This document shows positions 14,323 through 28,369 of a DNA stretch of 64,000 bases, piece after piece. The translations under genes were made by a program, and so were the position numbers. The first letter of the stretch is position 1; every line of letters begins with the position of its first letter. The notes under the pieces are model-generated. The model made no database searches. It worked only from the letters and a program-made list of their open reading frames with translations, and was not told where the DNA came from. Source of the stretch: the human T2T-CHM13v2.0 reference genome, Homo sapiens; NCBI RefSeq assembly GCF_009914755.1, contig NC_060927.1; one strand, 5' to 3'.

Positions 14323-14486
14323 GAGGCTTTCCTATATAGGAAAGTTGGAGGCTTTCCTATATAGGAAAGTTGGAGGCTTTCCTATATAGGAAAGTTGGAG
14401 GCTTTCCTATATAGGAAAGTTGGAGGCTTTCCTATATAGGAAAGTTGGAGGCTTTCCTATATAGGAAAGTTGGAGGCTTTCCTATA
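14323..14486. repeat. Perfect 25-bp minisatellite (gaggctttcctatataggaaagttg) x ~6.5
   Basis: cctatatagg recurs at 14331, 14356, 14381, 14406, 14431 and 14456, with a partial copy at 14481. No mismatches between units. Confidence 0.98.
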
Positions 14487-14935
14487 ATGTCGTTGATCTT
14501 TGGTTGTCTGTTTATATTTAAGACTGAGGATGGAAAGCTGATTGTGGTGGGAAGTGGGAAAGCCTGGTGAATAGTAAGCTTCCCTGGAGGATTAGCAAGC
14601 AAGGAGCGAGCCAATTTCTGGCAGCCTTGCCAAATGTTAGTGTCATAGTAGGATCTTTTCATCGCCAGTTTTGTAGGGAGCAGATTTCTGGGAAATGAAG
14701 GGGAAAAAGGCTGGGAGGTCTTGCAGGCCAGTATGCAGATTACCCCAATTTTTATTCTCTTTTCAGTTCACCCTGGCTCCTACTTTTCCAGGCACCTGGA
14801 AGAACTTTTGATGTCTGACTCCCAGGGTTCTGAGGTGAGGTAGGCTGGCTTCTTGCTGGTCTCCCCTCTGTTGTTGTGTGGGTTTCAGTGTTTTCCTAGT
14901 CAGTCCCACTCAGCCAGTGGCTGCCAACCTCCTGA

Positions 14936-15267
<332 letters not shown>

Positions 15268-16416
15268 TCTTCTTCCACTCTTTATTTCTGTGTGGATTTA
15301 TAACTTTTACTTTCCTCTTCTATCTTTTGAGAGAGCGTTGGAATGGAGTGGAGACAAAAGCTCATGTTCAGTTTTCCATCTTATTAGGTAATCAATTTGT
15401 TATTATGCTTTTCAGGTAATCACTTCATGGTTTTTCTTTAAAAGAGGACTTCTTCAATGACATGTATAATTAAATACATCATAGTTTATTTTATCATGGG
15501 AATAAATGCTTGACTAGTTAAAGGATACTTAGCATATATTAGGGTTGCCTAGTGGACAAGCTGAATTCAGCACCATAGGCTTTGACCAAAAGAAAGCCCC
15601 CTGAAACCTACAAAAAGAGTTAGAAAGCATCACTTACTATATTCTTGGTGTCTCTGCAAAATCTCGCCAAATAGAAGAGTATCTCTTCTACTATATGGAA
15701 AGAACACACATGCACATTTATTTTGTGGTTTACTTTAGTATCTATTTCATTTCATCTTCATGGCTACCTTAAAATCTTACAGTTGAAATTTAACATGTTT
15801 TACCGTTAATTTCCTTGTGGGAAATGAAAAACAATAACTGACTGGACTGTTCTCCCTTCTTTATAGCAGTTTTTTAACAAATTATTATTCAGTGGGGATT
15901 AGATTTGATTCTGTTCGCCTCTGGGATGTTGTACTAGTCCACGGCTGGTCTTTCCTAGGAATTAATTGAAAAGGAAATGGTAGATATGATTAGATTGCTG
16001 GACCCAGTAAAAAGGTAGACGCTGAGAGGTACCCGTGGCCAACTGAGACAAGCTGCCCATGAATTATGCTGCTCTGTGCTTATTAAGACTTCATGTTGCA
16101 CAGAAATGGATTGAAAAGATGTAAGTTATCCAGTCTCTCAATATTACCCTCAATAATTTACTTCCAAAAAGAAAAAAACTGATCTGAAGATTTCAGGCAA
16201 GAATTTAAAATTGCTAATCTCATTTCATAACTCCAAAAGGATTTTATGTCTGTCACTGTAAAACCTGCTGTGGATATTCCTAAGTCTCAATTCAGCCAAC
16301 TTCCGAGAATTCCCACAGCATGAAAATACATGAATCGCCAGTGCTTGGGCTAAATGCAAACCAATTAAGCTTTTAAATAGCTGAAGTGTGAGCTAAAGCC
16401 TGCTACATAATTTAAA

Positions 16417-16432
16417 TGCCATCTAGTGGCCA
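16417..16432 (-). promoter_or_regulatory. Candidate CTCF binding site
   Basis: The minus strand reads tggccactagatggca, close to the CTCF core CCA(C/G)(C/T)AG(A/G)(G/T)GGC. It lies in apparently non-repeat sequence. Confidence 0.6.
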
Positions 16433-16695
16433 AATGTCATCTTTAGTCCTCATTCAAAACAGTTTTGGTGCCTTCTGGTATTTATCTTAGGGTGATATAC
16501 CAAATAGTTTTGAGTCAATCATATGATAGCCACTTCTGCTTTCAGAGTGAAACGAAATTGGAATATGATAAAAAATGTTTAACAGCTTGAAATGTGCGTA
16601 AGTCCCAGCTTTTATTCCAGGGTCATCTGCTTATATGGCTATAAAACAGAGTTGTTGCTTGGTTTGACTAGTATGCCATCAAATAGTACCCGTAA

Positions 16696-17010
16696 GCTGG
16701 GCACAGTGGCTCACACCTGTAATCCCAGTACTTTGGGAGGCCGAGGCAGGTGGATCACTTGAAGCCAGGAGCTCAAGACCATCCTAACCAACATGGTGAA
16801 ATCCCATATCTACTAAAAATACAAAAAATTACCAGGCATGGTGGTGCATGCCTGTAGTCCCAGCTCCTCGGGGAGGTTGAGGTGGGAGAATCACTTAAAG
16901 CCAGGAGGCAGAGTTTGCAGTGAGCCGACATTGCACCACGGCACTCCAACCTGGGTGACAGAGCGAGACCTTGTCTCAAAACCAACCAACCAACCAACCA
17001 AACAAAAAAC
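16696..17010 (+). mobile_element. Alu (AluJ/S)
   Basis: Dimeric Alu with an (AACC)n tail. TSD caaatag[t/c]accc. Confidence 0.93.
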
Positions 17011-17224
17011 CCAAATAGCACCCATAGTTATAATTTACTATTTTGCCATTGAAAAATTAAAGCATATATGTAATGTTAGGAAGCTAATATAGGACCGTAT
17101 TTTAATCATTGATAGACAGAGGATTTAAAGGATCAGGCTTCAGTCTTAGCAAATGAAGTAGCTGTGAGAGAGACATATCATTTGTCCATAAGTAAGTGCC
17201 ATGCACAAGCACATTAGTATGATT

Positions 17225-17420
17225 ATAATAATAGTGGCCTTGAGAGCAGCAGCCAACATAGATTAAATGCTTATATGCCAGGTACTGTTCTGCATGCTCT
17301 GCTTGTATTAATTCATTTGATCTTCACAATAACCTAATGAGGTAGGTATTGTGGTTGCACCCATTTTATAGGCAAATTGGGGCACAGAGTGGTTAAATTT
17401 CATGCCCACTAGAGAGAGGC
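17225..17420 (-). mobile_element. MIR
   Basis: Degenerate MIR core (tcttcacaataacctaatgaggtaggtatt...cccattttatagg...ggcacagagtggttaa). Confidence 0.7.
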
Positions 17421-17987
17421 CGAATAGGAATTGGAGCATTTGGAGTATCCTTTGGTCTTTTAGCTGGTTTGGATTTTGGGTAGTGCTTTGGTGGAAGGAT
17501 CCTCAGAGAATCATGAAAGACCCTTTAATATAACAAGGACACAGTCAGCACTTGATCATCCTATGATCTAGGCAGAGTCTAGATCTAGGCAATGCTCTAG
17601 GAAGAGTCTGGGAATGTTGGCTCAAGGATGAGGCTGTGCAAACAAGGCTCTCTCTGGGTCCCTGGCAAGAACAGCTTTGGTTAGACCTACCTGCTCTTTT
17701 GGCTCTGTGGGGGTAAATCATCTCTGGAGAATTGAGAGTGGATTTTGCTTTTGTATAATTGTGGTCTGGGGTTATTTGTAACGTCTTTCTCTCTCTGTTT
17801 AGATCATAGAGTTGATTGATTTGAGTGCAACCAAACTAGCTGTGGTCATTCAATAAATAAGACACCATTAAGCATTTTTCTTCTTACTGGTCACAGATAT
17901 GGTTCTATTCTTTCACTTTGGACATGTGATCATATAAAGCCTTAAGGATAAGAAATTAGGTTACTACCTCACATAGGGATTTGTTGA

Positions 17988-18318
<331 letters not shown>

Positions 18319-18631
18319 CTTTATTAATTTTAGTGAGCCTCACATACAGTTTTCAAAGTCAATAACCATGGGTTTATTATCCTCAATTTACAGATAAGAA
18401 AACTAGGATGAAAGAGATTACGTGGTTTGCCCAAATTCACATGATATATGGCTATAGAAGTAAGACTAGAACCTAGGCATTTCATTGAATATGCTAAACA
18501 CACATATACACACTCATTTTTCTAGGTATATAGTATTAATATGTGCATATGTATAAATGACAATGACAATTGAGTATTTAAACATTTCAAGATGTGAACA
18601 TGAAAATTATGCTAATTCTATTTTTTTAAAA

Positions 18632-18817
18632 ATAGAGACTGAGTTTCACTCAGTTGCCCAGGGTGGAATGCAGTGGTGTGATCATAGAGTTGTAACCTTC
18701 AACTCCTGGGCTCAAATGATCCTCCCACCTCAGCCTCCACGTAGTCTCCTCAGTAGCCAGGACTACACGTGCATGCTACCGTGCCCTACTAATTTTTTAA
18801 ATTTTTTGTAGAGATGG
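18632..18817 (-). mobile_element. Partial Alu (right arm, AluJ-like)
   Basis: Diverged right-arm sequence. Confidence 0.8.
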
Positions 18818-20709
18818 ACCTTTAATTTCAGTTTTGTCATCTATTCTGTACTTTCTCAGTTACTATTAAAAGATCTTCAATAGGACAGATAATCAAATCA
18901 TCTATATAACATAAATAATTTAAATGTTTTACTGACTAAAAGACAGAATCTAGGTAATCTTTCAAGGCTTACTCTAGATTTCTAGTTTTATTAGTTTTTA
19001 ATTTAAGAAATTTATTAAGGATTTCTTTTCATAAGATGATATACCTTTACAGCAGTTTAACAAGCTTATCATGCTTCATACAATTTATCCAGAAGGAGGC
19101 AGCATTTTACTATTAAATTGATGCTTCCGCAAAGGTTCTAAATTGTTTTGTTTTGTTTTTTAAAGATGTAAACTATCTAAATACACACACCCTAAATCCT
19201 TTCAGGGCAAAGATTCCTGACTATCACTAGAGCTTTGCATATTGCCACAACTGTGAAATCCAAATTCCACTCAGATTAAATGCATCTAAAATTACAAATA
19301 GCATAGATAGTAGCAAAATTCATTGGCAGAAACCATTTTTGCAATAAAGATATTGATCAAAATAATTTAGAGTTGAACAGAAGATGGAGTAGAAGGGAAA
19401 ATGAATGATTCAGTTGTTGCTAACTTGTAGAAAATAAGTATTTGGTTAATAAGAGATCAACTTGTTGAAAAAAATTTGATTCACTCAGAAACAAGGATAA
19501 TGAATTAGTTTTAATCATCTAGCTAAATTCATAAATGGGACTTGCTGTTTCTTTTGATGTTTTTATTGAATCATAGGATCTTTAGAAAGAAACTTGAAAT
19601 TTCCTGTGGCATATTTCAGTGATTGCTGGTCAGAACTCATTTCATCTATCACGGAAAATGAGAGTCTATCTGCTTTCAGAGGATTAGGAAGAAGGGAATT
19701 CCACCATGATAAGGGAAATTAAGTTATGAGAATAACAGGATGGCAGAGGGGCCTTTTTCTGTTGCCCTGTATTTGACACAGAGCCCAGAGCTAAAAACAG
19801 TAACTGGGGTCTGGTGCTTTCTCCAGAGTATTCCTAAGGGGCTAAAGAACTATACACCAGTCCCCACCCACCTCCTCTGTCCCTTAACACCCTGTCCTTG
19901 GGGAGTAAGTAGGGTGGAGTGATTTCCCCCCTGCCATCACTAAGGGGCTGCTTCCCACTCCCATTTCCAAGTGAAGAAAGAGACTGTCCCCATCGTGACC
20001 TCTACTTAGGCATAAGATTTGCTAGGCTATTCATTCTACTAGAGCAGAGGAGATGCAAGCTAGGAGAGATGGGTGATCAGAGAGAAGAGGCTACAGTGGA
20101 ACAGTCAGCTTGCCTGTCCATTATGTGGCATGGCCAGGGTGCAAGAAATTCCTTAGGGCAAGAGGACATATGGAAGGCAGGTGCCTTCGAGCCAACTTGC
20201 TGTAACAACATCCTCCCTTCCCAGGGCTATGCACCATGACTTGGAGTGTATTACTGGGGATACTTGAGGGAGTGGATGGGAAAGACCCAGCCATAGCTCA
20301 GTCTTCCATATGGGGGTGTGCAGTGGGAAGACACCCCCAGGGCCCTCTGACTGGCTCTCACATGTGCTCCAAAAGGTGGACTTGAGAGGCCGGCACTCAC
20401 ACTCAGGGTTTTCTGGAGAAGCAGAGCGGCGGGCAGAGTGAGGGCCACAGCTGATCCTGTTGGGTGGAAAGACCCTGTCCCTTTCCTTCCCACTCTTCCT
20501 GACTAAAATACTCGAGCAGGGCATAGGAGAGGGAGGAGGAGGGGTATCTCAGAGCCCGCACTCCCCCTCACCCATCTTACTTCAAACAGCCGGGGTCCTG
20601 ACTCAAGCGTTCTTTGGAGTGGGAGGAGATGGAATTTAAATGGAGTTTGAAATTGAAGTTTTAGTTGGTTTTTTAATAACCAAAAATGAATAGAAAGTGA
20701 TGCAATTTT

Positions 20710-21009
20710 GGCCAGGGGCAGTGGCTCATGTCTGTAATCCCAGCATTTTGGGAGGCCAAGGCAAGAGTGTTGCTTGAGTTCAGGAGTCCAAGACCAGGCT
20801 GGACAACATGGCGAAATCCCGTCTCTACAAAAAATACAAAAATTAGCCAGAAGTGGTGGTGCACACCTGTGTTCCCAGCTACTTGGGAGGCTGAGGTGGG
20901 AGAATCACTTGAATCCCTGAGGTTGACAGTGCAGTGAGCTGTGTTCATGCCACTGCACTTCAGCCTGGGTTACAGAGCAGGAGACCCTGTCTCAAAAAAA
21001 AAAAAAAAA
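20710..21009 (+). mobile_element. Alu (AluJ-like)
   Basis: Dimeric Alu. TSD gatgcaat. Confidence 0.93.
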
Positions 21010-21393
21010 GATGCAATCTGTCTAGGATGCCATGGAGAGATGGGAAAGGGAAGTATGGAATTTGGATAAAGGGTTAGGAAAAAGTTGAAAGATTTCATAT
21101 TTATGATCCAGTAAGTAGAGCTAAATTGGCTATATAAGTATGTAATGGTAATGCTATTTAAACACTAATATAATTTTTATTTTTCCTAATTCCTGTTCCT
21201 CCTCCACCCTTCATCATTAAGGCTTATTTAACAGGGAAAGAAAGGACAGTATCAAAGAAGTTCTGAGGGAAATCAAGATGATCAGTGTTCCTTAACCAAC
21301 AGAAAGAGAAAATAGATAACCGTTTTAGTTTTTAGGAAGCTGTGTGTGTATGTGTGTATGTGTGTGTGGTGTGGGTGGGTGGGAAGGACAGAC

Positions 21394-21396
<3 letters not shown>

Positions 21397-21439
<43 letters not shown>
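21397..21439. repeat. (CA)n microsatellite, ~21 units
   Basis: Read directly from the sequence. Confidence 0.97.
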
Positions 21440-21442
<3 letters not shown>

Positions 21443-21773
21443 TCTCACACTTTGTAACTCTGTACCCAGGACAGGGAGAGGAAGGAGAGTGTAGGGGAAG
21501 AGACAGGGAATATGTGGTCAAATAATTGGATCCTGATTTTCTCCTCATACCTACTTGGCCAAAGGAGAAACAGAGTTTTAAAAAAAGGTCTTTTGGTGGG
21601 GGCTATATTCCCAGAGCGAGGAGGTTTGTGTCTAGTTTCCCTAGATACAGGCTAGGAAAATTTCAGGCCTTCCAGGAGAATCAAAATATCTAACACGGAA
21701 CCCCACAGGCAGTGAATTAGACATGGCTGCAGATGGCATCTAAGCAGAGAGAGGGTCAAATATAGAGCCCCAA

Positions 21774-22578
21774 TATCACGAATCATCAGATAAATGCAAG
21801 ACAAAACCATGGTGAGATATCTTCTCACATGAGTCAGAATAGCTATAACTTGAAAGTCCAAAAATTACAGATGTTGGCAAGGTTGCAGAGAAAAGGGAAC
21901 ACTTATACACTGTTGGTGGAAGTATAAATTAGTTCAGACCCTATGGAAAGCAGTTGGGAGATTTCTCAAAGAACTGAAAACAGAATTGCCATTTGACCCA
22001 GCTATGCCATTGCTGGGTATATATATACCTAAAGAAAAATAAATGGTCCTACCAAAATGACACCTGCATTCATATGTTTATCATAGCACTATTTACAATA
22101 GCAAAGACATGGAATCAATCCATGTGCTCATCAATGGCGGATTAAATTAAAAAATGGGTGCTGTGTGTCCAGGCTGTAAAAAAAAAAAATAAAGACAAAA
22201 ATAAAAATTAAAAATTTGGTACATATACACCATGGAATACTATGCAGCCATTAAAAGAATGAAATCATGTCCTTTGCAGCAACATGGATGTAGCTGGAGG
22301 CCATTATTCTAAGAGAATTAACACAGGAACAGAAAACCAAATATTCTCACTTATAAGTGGAAGCTAAACACTGGGTACACAAGGACACAAAGATGGGAAC
22401 AGTAAACACTGGGGATCCCAGAATGGGAGAGGAAAGAAGTGGGACAAGAGTTGAAAAGCTACCTATCAGGTACTATGTTCACCACGTCAGTGACAGGATC
22501 ATTAGAAGTCCACACCTTAGCATCATGCAGTATTCCCATGTAACAAACCTGCACATGTACCCCCTGCATCTAAAATAA
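21774..22578 (+). mobile_element. 5'-truncated L1 3' end (L1PA16/L1PB4-like)
   Basis: ORF2 C-terminal region and a 3'UTR ending aacctgcacatgtaccccctgcatctaaaataa. Confidence 0.88.
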
Positions 22579-22589
22579 TTTTTTTTTGA

Positions 22590-23115
22590 AAAGAGAAACT
22601 TTTGGAAGTCTTGGTTATATTCTCTGTCTTTACTGTGGTGGTGATTTCATGGGTATATACATATGTCAAAACTTTTCAAATAGCACATTTGAAATATATG
22701 CAGTTTATGGTATGTCAGTTATAATTCATAAATCTAGGGGTTTTATCCCCTGAAAGGAATAAACTTCTGATACATACAATAAGATGACTGCATCTCAAAA
22801 TGCTAAATGAAAAAAGAGCAAGACACAAAAGGCTACAAATGATATGGTTCTACTTATATATTATTCTGGAAAAGCCAATGTTACACAACACTACAGAAAT
22901 CAGATCAGTGGTTGCCTGGGGAGTGGTGGCAGGTGCTGACTGCAAAAGGGCACAGGGAATTTGAGGGGTGGGAGATGCAGAAATGTTCTATATTTTCATT
23001 GTGGTAATGGTTACACAACTACATACATTTGTCAAGACTCATTAAAACATGCGTGAAAAGGGATTTTACTGAATGTATATTATATCTCAATAACCCTGAC
23101 AAAAGTAAAAAACAA
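22590..23115 (+). mobile_element. Two older L1M (L1MC/ME-like) 3'UTR fragments
   Basis: Motifs ggtatatacatatgtcaaaact, gatcagtggttgcctggg and catttgtcaagactcatt...tatatctcaataa. Confidence 0.7.
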
Positions 23116-23652
23116 ACAGCCCAAATAGAGAGCCCCAAGAATGCCTTGGCTTTTGCTTTTGTGATGCGGAAGGATCCAGAAATTCTTACATTCTGCTGTG
23201 GGATTGAAACCAGAGGCCTCCAACCAGGGATCTGGGAGCAACATGTGGGTAAGACACCCTCTGCCCCGCAAGCTCCCGCAAGCTCCCTGGTGCAAGCCTG
23301 CCAGGGGCTGTTGGAGGAAGAGGTGGAAGTAGAGCCAGAGGATTTGCAGAGCCAGCCTGAATGAAGGCGGGGCCAGTTAACAGGGGCAAGGACCTGTGAG
23401 ACCCTTGCTTTACCCAAAAAGCTGACCACAGATGTCACTGGCAGGGTGTTACCAGGGAATATGTCTGAAGAGGCCAGCCCTGGGGTCAACTGTCTCCCTC
23501 AGCTGCCCCCGGAGACATGTAATCTCTGTTCTACACTCAGGTCCCTATTTTGTGAAGGAGCAGGGAGGAATGGGAGAAACAAATCTCCGAGGGCATTTGA
23601 ACTTTGAACTGACTGCATATTGATCTGAAAAAGACTGTTTAAAGCGAGGTAA

Positions 23653-24206
<554 letters not shown>

Positions 24207-24323
24207 CACTGACACTTAACCAGCAAATTCATACCTTTCCTATCCCACTCCATCCTGCCACCTCTAAAAGTGGGAATGGAGCTTTTGAGGAAGTTTATAT
24301 CATTTATAGAAAGGCACAATGCT

Positions 24324-24879
<556 letters not shown>

Positions 24880-25690
24880 CTACTAGAGTAAAGGAGTTTG
24901 CCGGGAGGACTGAGCTTTTGGGGAAAGGAGAGGAATTGGAGAGGATTCTAAGGAAGCCTTGCTCTGTGATGTGTCCTGTGATCCCCTGCTGATCTCATCG
25001 AGACACCTTCTGTGAAGAAATGTGTTCAATTCCACTCCCTGGAGTCTGCTCTCCTGTTTCCATTCTGAGGCTTCAGTGTGCTAGGATTGGCTTTGGGGCC
25101 CGGGCACCTTGGGGTCACGCACTTTTCATACAGCGGTCACCCAGGCGAGAGCTGAACAGATTCCCCTTATTGTGGAGACTGTCTTTTGTCTATGCCTTTA
25201 TGTTGAAATATATGGCGTCCTATCCTGTTTTGTCCCATTGGAGAGCTGTCTGTCCCTGATCTGCATAACAGCCATATTAAATGGAAGTTTACTATGAAAT
25301 CGGCTTCCAGGCTTTCTTAGGTGGAATAGCTGCAGTTTCTTTATTCTTTTGCACAAGTTGCTGTAGGCTTTCCTTCTTTGAGTTCTTTAATCATCTTTAA
25401 GCTTCCTGGGATTTGCCAGGTATGTTTTCAGCTAATTAGCCTAGAGTAGGATTAGCAAACATCCCAAACAGTGCTTGGCTCATGTGTTTATGAGTCATGC
25501 TGTATCTCTTTTAACTACTTTACATTTATTTCTTCAAACTATTTGTTTAATTAAATAAAATGTCAAATTTTAGTTATAATGGGCTCAATGATTTCACCTG
25601 TCTGCTAAGTTATTTGGGCTTCTTCAGACTTGGATCTCACTGCCTTTTGTAACAACATTGGCTTTCGTATGACATAGAGGACATTGGTAT

Positions 25691-25846
25691 CATATATATA
25701 TGTATATATATGTGTATATATATGTGTATGTATGTATATATATGTGTATATATGTATATATGTGTATATATGTATATATGTGTATATATGTATATATGTG
25801 TATATATGTATATATGTGTATATATGTGTGTGTATATATATATATA
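25691..25846. repeat. Compound (TA/TG) microsatellite with an 18-bp higher-order period
   Basis: Repeated atatgtgtatatatgtat. It translates as (IYTYIH)n in the ORF track. Confidence 0.95.
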
Positions 25847-25993
25847 TTTTTTTTTTCTTGAGACAGGATCTCACTCTGTTGCCCAGGATGGAGTGCAGTG
25901 GTGCAATCATAGCTCGCTGCAGTCTCGAACTCCTGGGTTCCAGAGATCCTCCCAAAGTACTGGGATGATAAACTTGAGCCATGGCATCTGGCC
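25847..25993 (-). mobile_element. Alu monomer (FRAM/FAM-like or internally deleted Alu)
   Basis: Single-arm Alu sequence. Confidence 0.8.
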
Positions 25994-26862
25994 CTTATGA
26001 TTTTTTTTTTTGATAGTCTATTTTCAAGGTAAAACACTTAGTGAATATTTAGAAGTTTAGATTGTTAAAAAAATTAGTGTGTGTTTACTTAAAACGAGAG
26101 AACTTTAAGTCTATCATAAATGTCTATTTTGGTTGATTATGGGTCTAGTGAGGCATAACACACAAAAATGTTGAACATTCCATTTAACCATGTGGGAAAA
26201 CTGGGAATTCTGAAGGATTAAATTTTGGTAGAAGACAATGGGAAAATTCCATATAACTAAGAGGAGATGAGAAGAAGTATATAAGCTTATAATTTTCTGG
26301 AAAAAAAGTAAAAAGGACTTTTTTTTTTTTTTAAATTCTGGGTAGAAAGGTAGGGGAAACAGTTTCAGAATTTCTAAAATATATTGCTTTTATGCCTTGA
26401 ATTTTATGGTCCACTTTAAGGCTTGAAAATAGTATTTACAAAAACTGATTTGATTATTTATACCAAGGGCATCTTTCATAATCAAAGGCTACCTGGAGAT
26501 AAACTCTATGATATTTGACAATAGTATAAAACACTTCAATACTCATGATCTCAGGCACAACCTGTAGATGTATTTAAAGGGATTTCTTGATGCTATATTG
26601 ATTTTTTTTGGACAAATAAAAGCTATTTTGACACATCAAGTACATTAATTTATTTTGACCAAAAGGATAGAAAGTAAAGCCATGCCTAAGAATGTGTTAG
26701 AAGTACAAAATATTATAAAAATTTGAGCTAATTATTTAGATAATTCAAATATTAAAGTTTGAATTATTCATTAGAGGTAAAGTGAATTTCTGTTGAATCC
26801 TTTATTGAATTGACTTTGTTCTCTTAATGGAGAATTAGCCTCAAAACTAGGAAGTGATAAGT

Positions 26863-27153
26863 AGCCGGGGGCGGTGGCTCACGCCTGTAATCCCAGCACT
26901 TTGGGAGGCCAAGGTGGGTGGATCACAAGGTCAGGAGTTCGAGACCAGCCTAGCCAATATGGTGAAACCCCGTCTCTACTAAAAATACAAAAATTAGCCG
27001 AGTGCCGTAGTGTGTGCCTGTAGTCTCAGCTACTCGGGAGGCTGAGGCAGAAGAATCGCTTGAACCTGGGAGTGGAGGTTGCAGTGAGCCGAGATCGTGC
27101 CACTGCACTCCAGCCTGGGCGACAGAGCAAGACTCCGTCTCAAAAAAAAAAAA
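26863..27153 (+). mobile_element. Alu (AluSg/Sx-like)
   Basis: Dimeric Alu. TSD ctaggaagtgataag. Confidence 0.95.
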
Positions 27154-27180
27154 CCTAGGAAGTGATAAGATTGGAAATAA

Positions 27181-27563
<383 letters not shown>

Positions 27564-28369
27564 AGTGTGCGTCATTTTAGTAGCAAATTATTTATTTGAT
27601 GCTTAGGTACCTAGCCATTAGAAAATGTGTTCATTCCCGCTTTGTTTAGTTTAATATTTTGGACTTTTGCCTTATTTTCTTTCATTACTTCTTTTGTTTT
27701 CATCAGTTTTCTTGTTTAAAATGGAAACAGAATGCTCTAGAATAAGCTTAGTTCTCAAGTTTGTCCACTTATTTTCTGACTGTCAGTGATCTCATTAATC
27801 ATAATATAATCCTTGGTAAGCGAGGACTAGAGATATGCATTGTGAAAGAAAACAAAAAGAGGAGGGCACAGAAGGAAGATGGGGTGGATTCAGTCTCCAC
27901 TGCCACTGTGGTTATATCAGACTCAGAAAGTAAACATGCCTGTGCTCAGATCACGCACATCTAGTGGCATACATTTGTCAACACCCAACACCACAAAATC
28001 ATTAAAAATCAAATCAAAAAGGATAAATTATCATTCTGAACAATATGACACAGGTACAGTTTAGTCCTCTTCCTTCTTCTGATATCTAGTTGTGTCTTTC
28101 CATCACTGTAGGCAGACCGAAGTGACATCACATTTGAGGTGCAATCAATATAATTAATCACCTTGGAGGTGAGACATATTGGTTCTCAAGAACTGGGTCT
28201 GACGTCAAAGGAGAGCAATCTTGCAAGTGCAGAAGAAAGGAGTATCAAACAGTGCACCTATCTTGGGGACCTCGACCTTCCAATAAATCACATCATAGCA
28301 CACCTACCATGACAATATTTCACATTTTCAAAACAATTTTGGTGTAAGTATCTTGTGCATTTTTTTAAA

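Larger units (their letters stand above)
20201..21690 (-). mobile_element. Ancient LTR (LTR78-like) interrupted by an Alu
   Basis: The minus strand near 21670 reads ttttcctagcctgtatctagggaaactagacacaaacctcc...gggaatatagcccccacc, which I recall as the LTR78 5' region. It ends ...ggatgttgttaca at 20201. Confidence 0.5.

Noticed and set aside
14323-14486. CRISPR-like array of palindromic repeats, or FRT-like sites
   Set aside because: The units are head-to-tail with no unique spacers, there are no cas genes, and the context is primate DNA. The resemblance to FRT (ttcctat / tataggaa) lacks the 8-bp spacer and full arms.
22156-22177. 5S rRNA 3'-end fragment (gggtgctgt...aggct)
   Set aside because: The match is too short, needs a 6-nt gap, and overlaps the putative TSD.
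25605-26037. ORFs with (IYTYIH)n or (VYICIY)n repeats
   Set aside because: They are translations of a TA/TG microsatellite plus Alu sequence.
28111-28167. Possible coding exon (ctgtag|gcagacc...ttggag|gtgaga)
   Set aside because: There are stop codons in all three frames. A non-coding exon cannot be supported from sequence alone.
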